62,317 bases of DNA, filler included, from Hausera hauseri (GCA_046269625.1; 11 parts of 11 records of this genome joined end to end with filler, not necessarily neighbours in it); one strand, 5' to 3'; positions 35,390 through 49,632 are shown, numbered from the whole stretch's first letter. Translations and numbers: made by a program. The notes: a model not told the origin generated them from the letters alone.

Positions 35390-38300
35390 TCGAGAAGCAA
35401 ATGATTGTAATGAAAAACGAATAAGCGAAAAATATAAAATGTTACCCTGACTTCAGCCATACGAAAAGAAAATATCTGGATTGGAAGATTTTATATATAA
35501 ATATCATTTTCTAGTAAAGGCTGTACATTGGAATTATATTAAAAAAATATCCCTCTAACCAGCACACGTTAATAACAATTTGAGGCCAGCCCTAACCCAA
35601 TTACGGCAGGTAGATGATGAAACGTGGGAAGATTACGGAGGAAAGGTATTACAGAATCAACAAAAAGTTATCTAAGGAAACCGATATCAAAAATTTTATA
35701 ATCGCAAACAAAAGCCCAATAAAGAAGTACTTAACTCTATTAACAAACTTAGAACTGCGATGAACAGATACTTTGGTTTATCCCTACATGCTTTTCAAAC
35801 TATGATAATGAAACATTTTGTTCTAGGACTTCAACAACGTCATCGAGTGGGAGGCAAGTTTTACACAGCAGACAATTTTGATGAATTAGCTGAATATACT
35901 CGCCGGATGGCAACAATAATAGATGAACCACCTACTTGGAATAACCCAACACAGATGGCCACAGTAACCACAAAATCAATATTAGCAAGACCAGATGTAA
36001 CAAATCGAAGGAATTCGCTATTGAGAAATCCTACCAGAAGCCCAAGCCTGAGAGACTAAAGTAATATCCGACCAGAAAGAGGTAGAAACCTAGAAAAAAA
36101 TGTTTACAGTCAACGACCAAGAGATTACAGCAATGATAGAAGAAATTCCTTTTACCGAGAAACGGTCAAAAGACAAGATGATAATAGACAACGAAACTAT
36201 TCGGGATACGATAGATCCAGAGACTCTTCAAGAGGTAGAGACGATAATCAGAATAGATTCCCCAGTAGAGAGCAATATCATAGAAATTGAAACCAAAACG
36301 AGAGAAGTCGATTTGACACTAGAAATAACTTGATAAGTCCATACTACAATGGACGAGACGATTGCCGATCAAGATATCCCTATAATAGACAGAATGAGAT
36401 AAGAAATAACTGTTCAGGTAATAGGCAAAACAATAGTAGTGAAAGGTTTAATAACTATGATAGGAACAATAGAAGAGAAAGAGATGATATACGAAGATAT
36501 AATTGAAATAGATATAATCAGAAAAGTGATAGTATGGATGTGGTGCCTCGGATTCGGGCGCCACCAACAGTTTCGGTAATCTCGCAATAAAGGAAGGTGA
36601 TCATCTCGAAGTTTATTCAATGAAAGACAATAAGAGTTGTTTAAAAGCAAAGAATCTACGAACGAAAAAAGAATGGTTTTGTTCGACTTATTTTGAGTTT
36701 CATTCGACTTATTCGGACTTCACTGAATTGAAGCAACATTGAAATTGCTTTTGTCAGGTGTTAAAAATGAAACATATGTTATAAGGCCTAAAGAAAAAAT
36801 GCAAACCCCATTTACATTTGCAAGTCCAGGTAACGCAATTGGAGATTTAATTGTGACAGTTTTTCACAATTTTCCTCAAGTATGTCTATGCATGTGAAGG
36901 CTGCAAGGGTTTCTTTAAACGAACAATTCGAAAACAACTTGAGTACAAATGTCGAGAAAATAATTCATGTATAGTCGATAAAAAATATCAATAAATAATT
37001 GAATTAGAGTTTTGAGTTTTGTTGTGAACAAAGCATAATTGGAAATAGTGTGGTGCCGCGGACTCGGGCGCCACTATGGTCTAGTTGCAACCAGTATAAC
37101 GTTTAGTATTACCGTGATACGAATAATTCCGAAGAAGATTTACTTTAGTAAGGACTTGAAATGAGCAACGGTGCTTTTGGCAAACATCAATTAAATTATC
37201 TAGACCTATAAATACGAAAAACAAACGAGTTTTAGCTTAACTCAAATGCTTGAAGGCCATCAACAGCCGACATCAAATCATTTTCGTCAACAAACCGTTC
37301 TCAACACCAGTCCAAGTAAAAACATAGATTCTCGTACATTTGATAATAGACTTATTGTTGAATTCGAATGTTTCACCTCAAACATTTAAATTTAATGTCC
37401 TAACTAAGGCTAGAGGAAATGACAATTATAACGTCAAGGCACAAAAAATGACTGAATTCCCGTCCACACCTCATTTACCTCCAGTGATGGACCAAGTTTT
37501 TCAAAAATAGAAAAACCCGAACTGTTGGTTGGCGAACCATAATCTGAATTCTGGGAAATCAAATGATTCTGAAGCTACACAAATAAAGCATGCGAGAAGC
37601 TTAATCTAAAAGAAATCATTGTTGACACGAATGTGAATTTTGATGGTATTTCCAATTTCAATGTTAATGAAGTGGACGCTACTTGTCGTGACAGTCTCAG
37701 CTGGATCTGCGTTGATTTATTTTTTACTTCCAATGTCTTGGTGCCGCCTAAATTTTTGTTTACTATAATCATTATTACTGTTGATAGTATTTATTATTAA
37801 TTCTTGCACGTTATCATATGTTCATCATTACTTTACCTGAATGATGAAAGCTGGAGTTCATTTTGTTTGTATTTTAATTGTAAATATCTACGTCATTAAC
37901 GAACGTTTTTCATACACCGACAGATTTAATATTGACATTTATTTGCCCTAAACTACAGTTTTGTATAAATGTATTTTCTTTTATTAGACCTGAAAATATG
38001 GTTAAAACAATAGGAATTGATTTATGGATATGAGTTTTAAAACGTTTGAAATATAAGAAATAAAGTTGTAGTTCTTAACGTCTATTTGTTCTGTTTTGGA
38101 ATTTACACTTTTCTACACCTTTTTTGGAATTTATGAGATACAAAGTGTTTAAAAATTACTAGAAATAATAATGGATAGATACAATAATACAAGATTTAGA
38201 GATTACGGAGGAAGGTGGGACTATACCCCGCCTCGTCACGAATTTAACAGGTATAATAGAAATCCTAGTCATTATCCACAGAATGGTCGAAACCGAACAC

Positions 38301-39360
38301 CGTCGCCGGGACAGAGGTATAATAAGGATGGGTATCCACAATTATCGGATAGAAACTCGAGAAGGAAAGACAACGTAGTTATCAGAAATACATCTCCATT
38401 TAATATCAATAGAAATTCAGCAGAAGAATGTCCTAAACATTCTGCTGCGAAAAGAAGGGAATCGTAAAATTAATCACACGACAATCTTTCGAAAGAAAGA
38501 TGAAGTACCACAGAAAAAATAAACTATAATGAAGATAGAAGTATTTCACCACATCGATAAGTAGCCTTTAACGGACAAACGAAACGTGTCTTTACAGGGA
38601 CACTAATGGTCAAAACAGTGCATGAGCAGCAAGCAATTATTGTCAAACCTTTAAGTAATGTTACTATTCAGGAAAACCCCTTCATAGCACAAAAGGATTT
38701 AGATAAAGCCGAACGGAAAATACCAGATATTTAGAGTAGTACACTCCCATATATGATATGGCCAGAAAGAAAGGAATTAAACGATGCATTGTTAACTTTT
38801 ATCATTCTACAAAAAGTTAAAAATGATGATCACGAACCAAACATGTATGAATTAAGATTAGAAAACGGTAGGAATAATTTAATATTAGAATCACAAACTG
38901 TGAATATTAAAAACGAAAAGNNNNNNNNNNGAATTTAAAACAACACGTCCTCGGTAAAATTATAGTAGGCATTAACCTACCTTAGCTATTTAGACAAATA
39001 CCCTTAAAGGAAACGGATATTTTCGGAACGTTTATTGTTAGTAAAAATTTTAACCATCCAGATGACCAATGGAAGAGGAAAGGTAATTTAGTTGAACAAA
39101 TAATGTAGTTACGTCAAGAATACTTTCTCAAATTAAATCGGCAAGGATCTCCTTACTGTATTCTCCATAATAGACCAATGTATCTAGAAAGTAAGAATGA
39201 TCGTCAAGAAATAATTTATAATACAACCTTGATTCCGGAAGTAAAGCTACGACAAACAGATAAAGAAATAATCAAGAATTGGGATAAAATATTTAGTAAT
39301 AAGCAATGTACTCGATTAGAATTTGACGACCTAGCTGAACAAGGATTAATTTGCATGGAA
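35390..39360 (+). mobile_element. Decayed retrotransposon gag-like region with an Arg/Ser/Asn-rich tail, interrupted at ~36539-38160
   Basis: MKHFVLGLQ..NFDELAEYTRRM followed by RS-rich low-complexity coding sequence that resumes at 38171. Confidence 0.45.
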
Positions 39361-39974
39361 ANNNNNNNNNNNNNNNNNNNNNNNNNNNNNNNNNNNNNNN
39401 NNNNNTTAATTAATTAANNNNNNNNNNNNNNNNNNNNNNNNNNNNNNNNNNNNNNNNNNNNTCACACATTCAAAGCAATATCATTTCATTGAATATAACG
39501 CATGATAAAAGACAACTTGCATATAAGCAAATATGAATTGTAATAGTCGCATAATTCCTTACTTTTAATGTTGAATTCACCCATGTAACTATTATTAGAC
39601 GTTATAAACTGTATAATTTACTATATATTTACTGTCTTGGTTTCTATGTAGCTATTGCTCAATTTGACAATTGCACGAAACTGTCAACCTACTGTTTATA
39701 TATTGTGTCTCTTAATGTATATTACATTCAGATAAATTTTTATAACTTTGAATGTAACACATGTTACGAGACACGTACCACGTATACAATGCGTTCTCTT
39801 TGATTTCAATTAAAATAGAGAATTTTCAGCTTCTAAAATCAATTTATAAACTAACAAAAGTTATTTTAGAATTTTTCATATTTTTAAATTTGAATTTTTG
39901 ACCACAGAATGAATTAAGTAGGTAGAAGTGAGCTTTCAACCCCATTTTCCAAAAGTGCTCAGTTCGACCTTGTC

Positions 39975-40375
39975 CAAGTTTCCCCCACCTAGCTCGCAAT
40001 TCTGAGCATTTCATGTCTCATCGTCGGAAGACTCCTCGCCAGGTTGGAAGCACATGTCATACGTCGCACATGTCACCGAGTCAAATCGGTAGAGCTCGAC
40101 AAAGCGAGAAAAATTTTATAGCGCAGAAAAACTCAAAAATGTTACGGGGCGCCGCTGGAAGCAGAAGAAGCAAAATAGGAAATGTGTTTCAAGAAACAAG
40201 GCACATGTTACTGGCGAAACAGTTTTTGGTTGAAAATGTTAAATCAATGTCGGGAAATCGAGTGCGCACAATTGCAACCTTTTCTGACCATGGAAACATG
40301 GGGAAAATCAATGGGAAATTTTCAAACAGGTAAAAATTCCTCCTGGGCAAGTCAGCTGGTGGTGAAAATTCTTTC
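39975..40375 (-). repeat. Gypsy 3' internal end (integrase C-terminal-like region and PPT), homologous to 60960-61290
   Basis: Shared GGAAAATCAATGGGAAATTTTCAAAC block and flanks in opposite orientation; purine tract AGGTGGGGGAAA. Confidence 0.5.
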
Positions 40376-41336
40376 AGAAGAAGGCCAAAAAGGAGATGAG
40401 CATTTCATATTATAAGCGTCTCACAATCAGATGATTGTAAGTTGATGAAAAACGCGTTCGTCCGTTGGTGTAACAACAAAAACGAAAACGTCTAAATCGA
40501 AATCATCATCATCATCATCATCGTCACAAAATGCGAATCGTCATAACAAAATTTCGAATAGTCCAAAATTTGTCACGTCACACAAAATCTTCATCGTCGT
40601 CACAAACCTTGAGCACGACAGGTATGGGAAAGGTGTCTACAACATGAAGTAGTGGGGTGTGACATGAAATAAATGTGTGTTACGCAAATGTTAGCACGAG
40701 ACGGGAAATGTGCCTGCCTGAATGCATGCATGCATGCAACATGAAATAGTGAGTTGTGACGTGGAAAAATTGTGTGTATGTTTGTGGAAAAGGGACGTCG
40801 AAGTGGTGAAAATGGTAACACACACAAACACATGTGTGACAAAATACTGTATTTCTCAAAATGAACACAAAGTAAATAGTAGTAGTAGTACAACCATTGT
40901 TCATCCAAATGTCTGTAACGTTAGCCATAATAAGCAATAATGTCCACACAACGGTTAGTGGATGTTGATAATGAAGTCGGTTGTATTCAACACGGTATGA
41001 CGATGGTTATTGTCGTTAAATTTGCGAAACTAATGATGACGGATAATAAAATCCGAGCGGATCGAATACCTTGACGACGGTAGGATCTACGTACACAGCA
41101 ATTCAATGTTCGCCCGGTAGCGATGACGTGTGTGTATTGACAATGAAGCTGTCGCCTTGTCGAAAGTCACGCGGAACACGGTTCAGCGGAAACACCGCGG
41201 AATTTCGCGCCCATGAGCAGTTTTCCGTAGCGGCTTAGCTTGGTGGAGCTAAATGTAAAACGCGGGATTAAAGCATAACAATGTTATTAATCAATTACTT
41301 CATACTATTGAGTAGTAGTGACTCATAAGATTTTAT

Positions 41337-42592
41337 TTATACAATGACGGTTCCGTTTTTCGTTATTTCCACCTCGGCATCAAATACACCGTAACTGTAC
41401 ATCACGATCGACTGTCCCAACGCTTTGATAAAGTGAACCTCCATTCGCAGGTTGCCCTGTGAGGTAGCTAGGCCTGATCAACATCATAGTCCTGATCCAG
41501 GGCAAAGGGGAAGAATGGATAAGTGGACTTGAACAAATCCATCGATTTGCCATTGTTGATATTTTTGTTGAGCAAACCCATGTTGTGCACGATAGATTGC
41601 ATATATGTGCAAACATAATCGCTAGACTCAAAGTCTTGTTTGTACGTCTCAACGAAATCCGCATTTTGATCCAAACTGATGTAATTCACATTGCTATGGG
41701 TAAACGTTTCCGAATCGGTCGAAATAACTGCTCGTTTGTTGAACAGTCCTTTGAAATGTAACGAGCACAAATTTCGGCAATCGCCTGTCTCCAAACAGTG
41801 AATCTTTGTAAAATGTAGTTGAACCTCTTGGAGTGGTGTAAAAGACGAGTTTTGTGCGTTGTATCGGATAACAGGCATTTTGCGTTTCCAAGCCCAATCG
41901 ATGCCCCATGAGCACAGATGGTTCCACCTTTACTCGATGTACCTATAATCGTGCCTCAGTAATTTTCAGTACGGGTTTGAGATTTGCAACGGTGGTTTTT
42001 AAACAAAAGACATTGTCGCTGCGTTTGAGACGAATCATGGCTTTAACACCGGGCATTAGGTATTTCGGCTGATCGAAAAAGTCAAAGTACAGGGGTCCAC
42101 ACATTGTAAGTGGTTTTGATTCTACCACCCATGCCTGACGGTTTGCCGCTGTGGTATCGTTCCGATGGTTTTCGTCAAATGAGTCGTTTTCGTGTCAGTA
42201 CTGTAATTCAGAGCCGTTTTAATGAGTGCTTTGATACTGTATACACTGGTGTTGCCTTCGATTTTGACGCTGTTTAGAGTCAATGAAGCCTCTTGGGACA
42301 GTGTGAGGAAAAGGTAATTGGCCGGCATGACAGTGTTTGTTGCAACGAGAACCGTTGACGAATCCTTTTTAGCAATGACTTTTACATAGAGTAGCGTATC
42401 ATTCAAATCCAGGTATTTATTGTCCGACGCCATAATGTTGATTTGAATGTCCATGTTATCGGCCGTTGAAATCGAATCAACGGGGTAGATTTCTTCAAAT
42501 ACCGCATTGTCAATAACAATTTGTGGCACGCCTTTGTCAAATATACAATTCAGATTTTGCAAATGCCATTTGTCTGCCTGTCTGTCTGTCAA
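41337..42592 (-). pseudogene. Polinton/Maverick major capsid protein (frameshifted)
   Basis: YLDLNDTLLYVKV, PLYFDFFDQPKYLMPGV..IRLKRS, LPKFVLV, NVNYISL, YPFFPFAL..D. Confidence 0.88.
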
Positions 42593-42635
42593 TCAATCAA
42601 TCGAAAATTGTACGACGACAACGTTTGTTTACAGC

Positions 42636-42962
42636 TCATGAACTCGTTGATGCTCTACGGCGTTTTCTCATCATCGAGCCACTGCCAGCGAATTGTTTTT
42701 TGACTGATTCAACGACTCCCAGTGCAGCGCTTTTTATTTCCGACAAAGCGTGTTCCTTCAGCGATGTCAAAATCGATTTGTTTTCATTTGGTACATCCTG
42801 TGCTGTTTTTGCTACCACTGTACCGATATACATCAACATCGGAAATGCTAAACGTTCCAATGTACGCAATTATCCTGAGCCATACTGTTTACGAACGAAA
42901 TACGGCAGTTCACCGCCCTGATTGGGTTTACTGTAAATGGAAACGATTTCAGAATCAATCAT
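42636..42962 (-). pseudogene. Polinton core-protein-like small ORF
   Basis: YSKPNQGGELPYFVRKQYGSG*..basic tail RKRRR; lies between minor and major capsid genes. Confidence 0.65.
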
Positions 42963-43007
42963 GTTGTTGTTGTTGTTGTTGTTGTTGGATACGACAGAAA
43001 TGAAGAG

Positions 43008-44056
43008 TTAGACTGTTGTGATACCGTACGGAAATTCAATAAGGTAGTCCGCGTCACATCGGATATTCACTTTAATATTGTTTACAGATGTAGATGCCAC
43101 AGGTAGGTACATTGGATTATCGAGTTTGACAGTGACATTGTCACCGGCAGTATACTTACTGCTTTCCGGAAAAATTGCACGGAGTAGCAGTACACGTACT
43201 CCACAAACCAAAATCGGTTCGGTGACATTCACGTAAATGTACATTTGACTTAGTCCCGTTTTCAGTTTGGGTTTGAGTATTACAACATTTGCTGCCGCCG
43301 CCATCTTCGATGCCACAAGCAGCTGTTTTTCAAAACCCAATACCATGGCCAAAGCTTTGTTCAGTGAATTGTCAAAAATATCCTTAGCCAGTTCAAATTT
43401 AATGTACCCATTTGCATCTGACTCGAAAACTTTAAATATCGCCATGTACTTTTGATTTGAAGAAAAAAAGTGTTGACAGAGATGTGCTGCAGATTCGCAA
43501 TAGACATTGTCTCCAATTGATACATATATTGTTGACACCCTTTCTGTTGTATAGGTAAATTTCACCATTGTCTGCTGATATACGGGACTTAATCTAGGAG
43601 CAACTATATTTTCACTTTTAATTTTTGTACCTTTGTACTCTATATTATGAATCCAAATTTCTGCGCCATCTCAGAGAACGGAAAGGTAACAATAAATTTA
43701 AAATCTGCCATAAAATGTAAGTATTCCCCTGAAATAAAAACACCGATCTTGCCGTATACATTGTAATTTTTACTGGTCGTGCAAATGCCCGATTCTCCAA
43801 CTGTTATTTTATTGTCAGTAAGTGTCAGAGGACAAGAATGTATTTTGGTTTCAGTAACAGTCTTTTTGTACGTTATTTTCATACTACCTGTCAATGTCAC
43901 CAGTGCGTAGGAAAAGTTAAATTCCGTCAGTGCAACCTCCCATTGTCCAGCAGATAAATCCAAAGGATTGTTCCAATCTATAACGTATTCACTGGCGGAA
44001 TTGTTCGGACGAGTCGTCAGACAACTGTTGTTTGGCAACACCATGTAAATACTCAT
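43008..44056 (-). pseudogene. Polinton minor capsid (penton) paralog 1
   Basis: YMVLPNNS..PNNSASEY..PLDL..QWEVALTEF N-terminus; MYIYVNVTEPILVCG..LLR..PMYLPV C-terminus. Confidence 0.85.
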
Positions 44057-44112
44057 GATCTCGATGATGATGATGATGATGATGATGCTGGTGATGATGA
44101 CGCTGTTGCTTA

Positions 44113-44760
44113 TTATCGACGTTGACGACGTCGAACATGTAACGTCAAATGTGTCGTTGACCCGAACAGAAATTTAAAGGGTTCCCAAAAGTCATCAAGC
44201 ATATGCACGGGAATACTGTGCACAATATTGTGAGACAATGATAAATATGTGAATTTGAACATCATAACGCGAACAGTTCCACCCGATGTTTTGTACGTGT
44301 CAGAATCAAGTTCGATAGAAGCCAGCAGTCGTTTACATTCTCCACCAACGAGTACGGATTCGGTTAAGTCCGTTAAAATGTTGATTCGGTGAAATGCTCC
44401 ATAGAGTTGTGCTTTATATTTGGCAACAATAGATCGTCCAACAATGTTTTGATAGAATTCTCGTTGTGAAAAACCCAGATTCCGAGCCAAAGATTCATCA
44501 AAGGCAAAATATGTAACATTGTCATGCAGTATAATCGATATATGACCATCTGCGTTTATTTCACATGTCTTTACGGCTAATGTAGCCGTTTTCGTGACGT
44601 ATTCCGTTTCCATTAATAAATCGTGTGGTATAATATAATAGCGGAAGATTGATTCTGACTTAGTCCACTTTACTATAATGTCGGATTTCGCATCGGACGA
44701 AAGGTCCAATTTTTCACCAATTATAACATGTCTACCTAGCCGTAGACGATTTGAGTGTAC
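44113..44760 (-). CDS. Polinton minor capsid paralog 2 (5' end cut by gap)
   Basis: LARNLGF..INILTDLTESVLVGG..LLASI..TYLSL..LTLHVRR. Confidence 0.75.
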   Translation of the reverse strand, partial: VHSNRLRLGRHVIIGEKLDLSSDAKSDIIVKWTKSESIFRYYIIPHDLLMETEYVTKTATLAVKTCEINADGHISIILHDNVTYFAFDESLARNLGFSQREFYQNIVGRSIVAKYKAQLYGAFHRINILTDLTESVLVGGECKRLLASIELDSDTYKTSGGTVRVMMFKFTYLSLSHNIVHSIPVHMLDDFWEPFKFLFGSTTHLTLHVRRRQRR

Positions 44761-46339
44761 NNNNNNNNNNNNNNNNNNNNNNNNNNNNNNNNNNNNNNNN
44801 NNNNTTAATTAATTAANNNNNNNNNNNNNNNNNNNNNNNNNNNNNNNNNNNNNNNNNNNNCCATTGCTTACTGAATATTTTATCTTTACTTGACCTAGTT
44901 GTTGTGGGAGTTTCTAAAACTGTTGAGTGTTAGCTGTTGAAAATTGATACAGCTCAACCTTCCTACACTTATCATATGAGAAATCATATAGAGCTGAAGC
45001 AAGTTCCAGTGGCTTTCATGAATCCCAGAATTTTTACAGTACATGTATGATACTTTGTCTGGTCAAGTGGTCATGATAGTAAGTCAGATTTATTAGCTGA
45101 TTTTTGCACCTTTTCTTTTTGTTTTGAAAGCAGGAAATATAAATAGTCCTTTGAAAGACAAATCATTAAAAATGGCAAAATCAAACTGTTTTTATAATGA
45201 TACACATTTTCTTGTATATTGTAAATAAAATATCTCATTATCTTTAATGACTCTTATTGCAGTTGCTTTCCTTTGAACAACTTTAACCAGTCGTACAATC
45301 TAAGATCGCATCTCTTCCTACTGTAATGGCTTTTCAGTCCTCAATGTTTTTCATGACTGTTGCTGGTTGAATTTGTCTGACCAAAATGGCACAAGGGGTT
45401 TACCCAGCCTCAAGAATGGCACACGGGAAATTTTCCTGGCACGTGAAGGTGGCCTGGCATTATGTTGACAACATAACTCAGTCATGTGCCGTGTCAAGGA
45501 AAAATGTGGACACTAACTCCCATTTCCCTGTACGCACAGCACCCATTAAGGAGACAGGATTCAGTGAATGGCAAGTGTAATATTTGTCTCACAGCGCCCT
45601 TTGCATTTCAGAACTCTCTGCTGGTAATCGCCTTTACATCCGTTGACAATGTAATTTGTTGTTTGTCCACATGGTTTCTGGATTCCAGGCTTCACATCCT
45701 CGGTAGACTACTCACAATAAACTATAGAACATGCTACTTATATGTCAAATGGTCAGGATAAAAAAAACCTAGCCACTTATCAAAAATGTTTCCCTGAAAA
45801 GTCAATACTAGATAAAGTAGAACTCACTGCCATTTCAAGGCAATGAAGTTAATTTGTCTTATAACCTTTCCTCAAAATGCCATGGAGGAGCCAGAATTGA
45901 CTGTGAAGAAGGACAATTGTAAACTATGTTATCAAGCTAATAAAACAGTAGTGAGGGCAAAAGTTATACGCACTTATTAATAAACTTACTTGTATTTTAA
46001 TTTTGATAAGAGCTGTCTTTCAGATGAACTCAAGCATTTCAAATGAATTGAAAATGTGTATTGTTGCATTTATCTTTACCATTGAAGTCATCTAGTTCCT
46101 GCTTTGTTGCATTATTAAAACAGAAAATAAAATATCCATCATTTTGTCTGGCATTTTACCACACACATATCTGTAATACTCATAGAATTTATATGTATGG
46201 AGTTTTTTATAGTGAAATAGAAATTCGAAAAGATGGATTAATTATCGCATAAACGGTACCAGTAATTATTGTTGCATGTTAATATGAAGTAAGTTTTAAT
46301 GGAATTATATATTTTATACATATAGTACATTTCAGATTG

Positions 46340-46620
46340 AAAAGGCCTTAGCAGACTCCGAAATTTCCGTGGAGTATATCCTTTGAATAGAGTTCCAGAC
46401 CATGTACTCAGTAGAGGATATGTGATTANNNNNNNNNNAGAACACTGGATATCGATATATATTTCACCAGATCATATTCAAATGTTTGATCCACTTGGTG
46501 AGGAAATCGGAACGTATGCGGAAACCTGTAGTATACAATGGCACTATGTATCAACATCCATTGACATTTATATATGGGAATCATTGTGTGGACTAACTTA
46601 GACGTCAATGTAAATAAAAA
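46340..46620 (+). pseudogene. Polinton adenain-like cysteine protease fragment
   Basis: YVI...EHWISIY....MFDPLG...SLCG. Confidence 0.6.
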
Positions 46621-46667
46621 TGTTATAAACGTTGTCATTGTTGTGTTAATAAATGTTGTTGAAATAA

Positions 46668-47155
46668 TGGCTGTCTTCTTTATTGTCTTGGAGGGATTTG
46701 TGGCTAATAATAATGAATACATCATACAGGAGCTGTGTATAATGCCAGTGGATAATATGTTTAATCCACTACATTATGTGTTTGCGTAAGTGAATTTTAG
46801 TATAGTGCATGTACTGAATGGTTTTTTAGACCTACAATACATTGTCGCACAAACAAGGCACAAGCAACAAATGCCTACTGACGTGGGAAAAGTATAATAC
46901 CCAGTTCTGCAAAGATTTCCTCATGCGAGACATTGACATTATGTGTGATATACCCGAGGCCACATTCTATGTCAGGGATCATGCAGATGGGCGGACAAAG
47001 AAGATATTTAACAGTATATTTCAATAATTATGAATATGTACATATGAATGCGGCAAATTTGTACAGAGAACATTACATGTATTTATCGTAAACATGGTTC
47101 ACATTGTGCTTATAAAAAGTGTTTATTGTTATGTCAAAGTTATGTTGCTACGAAA
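46668..47155 (+). pseudogene. Polinton small DEDD-exonuclease-like ORF with a Cys/His tail
   Basis: IVLEGF..YIIQELCI..HYVF and C-terminal CIYRKHGSHCAYKKC. Confidence 0.5.
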
Positions 47156-47329
47156 TAAATGTATTATGAAAAATATTTGTATAGTTTTACTTGACCTATA
47201 TAGTATTTAATTACTTGGCCTTATCCTATATCCCACATTATTTTATCAAAAAGGCAACAATTTTTCATAAGATTTATTGATATAGCAATGAAATACGTCT
47301 TAAAAAATACTTAACAATATTTTCATTAA

Positions 47330-49300
47330 TGCAGCATTGCATCATATATTATACCACTCCACGAGCTTTTTCTGCATCCTTACTGTTTGGATCTCATGAG
47401 CCCTAGATAGGATTCTTCGCATCTATGATATGATATGAGTCTGCTCCTGCAGAACTCTCACGTAATCCACAAAAGTAATCATCTTGGCTTAGGTCGCCCT
47501 TTGAATCCCTTTAGGCCGCTTCATTACATGGCCACATACATCGATGGCATACATTTTGCTCCGCAGCGCCACAAATCCCGAGCTGATTGCCCCATTTACT
47601 TCGTCTTTGCAAGAACCTTCTTGTTGGTGATTGAATAGGTGGGATGCTCCTTTAGGTAGTCAAACGTATCCGTATGATGAGCCAATTTAGCAAAGTCTGC
47701 AAAGATGTCCTTTGTACGGATCTGACATATAAAAATGTCAGTATCCATGTACATCAGCTGTTTAGACTGGAATGTGGAAACCATGATGTTGTAATGAAAG
47801 TCGTACATCAAGGTCTTTGACAACTCAAATATGGACATGCCCACTTATATTGGCTTACTGAACTCGAGCGATGTTTTCAGCATTTGGATGCTGACCAGGT
47901 TCTAAGCATATATGGTGCTGCTGTGGAAGTTTGGCTTGACAAATAGCTTCTTGGCTCGCTACCACTCGCATACCAACTCGATGTTGATCACGTTGTAAAT
48001 ATTTGTCATGATCTTGCCAAAAACGCTATTATTACACAGCTTAAATTTATCCTTTCTAAGTCGTTTTTGGCATTGGCCCGCAGCTTTGTATTTCGGTTTA
48101 TGTACTGCTGCAGCCACTTGGACTGGCCGAACTGCAGGGTCCGATGGATATTTGTAATGTGGAGTCTATTTCTGATAGCTTGCTGGAGATTTATATAGTG
48201 GACTACATACCTCTGCCTGCTATCCAGATGGCACAGCAGCTTTCAATGTTTTCAATGAGGCGGAGGCTTGCTCTCAGGAAGGAAAAACAGTTGTTCATGC
48301 CTTGTGTGGATGGAAGCTGGATATTCAACATCCATCTCGAGTATGCAGCCCGAATCTCCGCTGGGATACATGTCCAGTACGGAGATGTCTTCGGGATGCT
48401 CGATCCACTTGAAGTCATCATATGGTAATGGGGCGCTTATTGCCCATCCACGTAAGTTGTTGGTATCTAGGTATGTAATATATAAAGATGTTTTTGCCTA
48501 GTCGTATTCGGCCATATACGTATTATTGGCCTCGCTATAGGGGTGAATGGCCTGACATATTCCTCTTCTAATGCCTCCCTAGATCATAAAGATCATGTCG
48601 TAATCCTTCACAATCTGCAGCCTAATACCGATATATCGCAGCATTGCTACCCAGCTCATCCCTGGAGCGGTAAAGAAATAAGCCGAATCTAATGTATGAC
48701 TCTTCATCATAAAATCCGTGAAGCTCTGAAAGACAATCGTTAGTAGCAGCACATTCGTGAGGAGACATAAGTCACTGTGTTCCCAATTGCCATGCATTGT
48801 AATGTATGCCAGACGTTCTGCACATGCTGATATTCCGCTTCGCAAGATCGCTTCACAGTCGCAATGGATGACTATTTGGATCTTGATATTCTTTTCAAAC
48901 TCCTTGAATTCCATGTAGTTCTCCTTGAGAAATTCTGATCTGATACAGTAATTGTTTCTGCAGTACATTTTGTGCTCTGCAAGCTTGTCCACTGCTGTAT
49001 CACCACTAAAATGAGACAGACATCGTTTACATATTTCTATTCTTTCCTTATGTTTCGTAATTTGGGATCTGACCAGACGCTCGAAATTCTTTATCCAAAC
49101 ATAATGCTTCTTTTCTCCATCGCCTAGTAGGAGCAGATCCCTATGATCTTCCAATTCCACGTCACACACTTATAGCGGACAGAATTGATCTTCCTCATCC
49201 AATCAAAAGATATTGATGGAAATGTTGTTGATTCATCCTAATTTTTTGACTTCATCTATGGATGGCGGGAACGTCATACAATGGAAGTCATAGTTGTGCT
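47330..49300 (-). pseudogene. polB: Protein-primed DNA polymerase B (Polinton), degenerate
   Basis: HYVWIKNFERL, CKRCLSHF, TAPGMSW, RRG, YLDTNNLRGWA, KLCNNSVFGK, GMSIFELSK.LMYDFHY, YMDTD. Confidence 0.9.
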
Positions 49301-49512
49301 GCAAAAATATTATATAGCCAAACTCGTTGTGAGGAGGAATTCAGGCAGCCAATATAAAGTGAGGAAATTCATAAGAGGAGGAAAATAAGGTTCATTTACT
49401 GANNNNNNNNNNNNNNNNNNNNNNNNNNNNNNNNNNNNNNNNNNNNTTAATTAATTAANNNNNNNNNNNNNNNNNNNNNNNNNNNNNNNNNNNNNNNNNN
49501 NNCATAATGAAT

Positions 49513-49632
49513 TGAGTCGGAAAAAAGTTTTAAACTGACTCAGTTTTGGACATCTGCAAATTTGGACTTGCCAAAGTGAGTAGGTTCGGAAAAAATTTTA
49601 TGCTGGCCTAGTTTCGGACACCTGCAAATTTA
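49513..49632 (+). repeat. Two imperfect ~65-bp tandem repeats, possibly Polinton subterminal
   Basis: TCGGAAAAAA..AGTTT.GGACA.CTGCAAATTT occurs twice. Confidence 0.5.

Noticed and set aside
39975-40375. Polinton terminal inverted repeat pairing with 60960-61290
   Set aside because: The two copies are on different contigs, and both precede purine tracts, which fits Gypsy 3' ends better
45270-45760. Possible host coding exon on the minus strand
   Set aside because: Protein-like but interrupted by stops, and I cannot name a family
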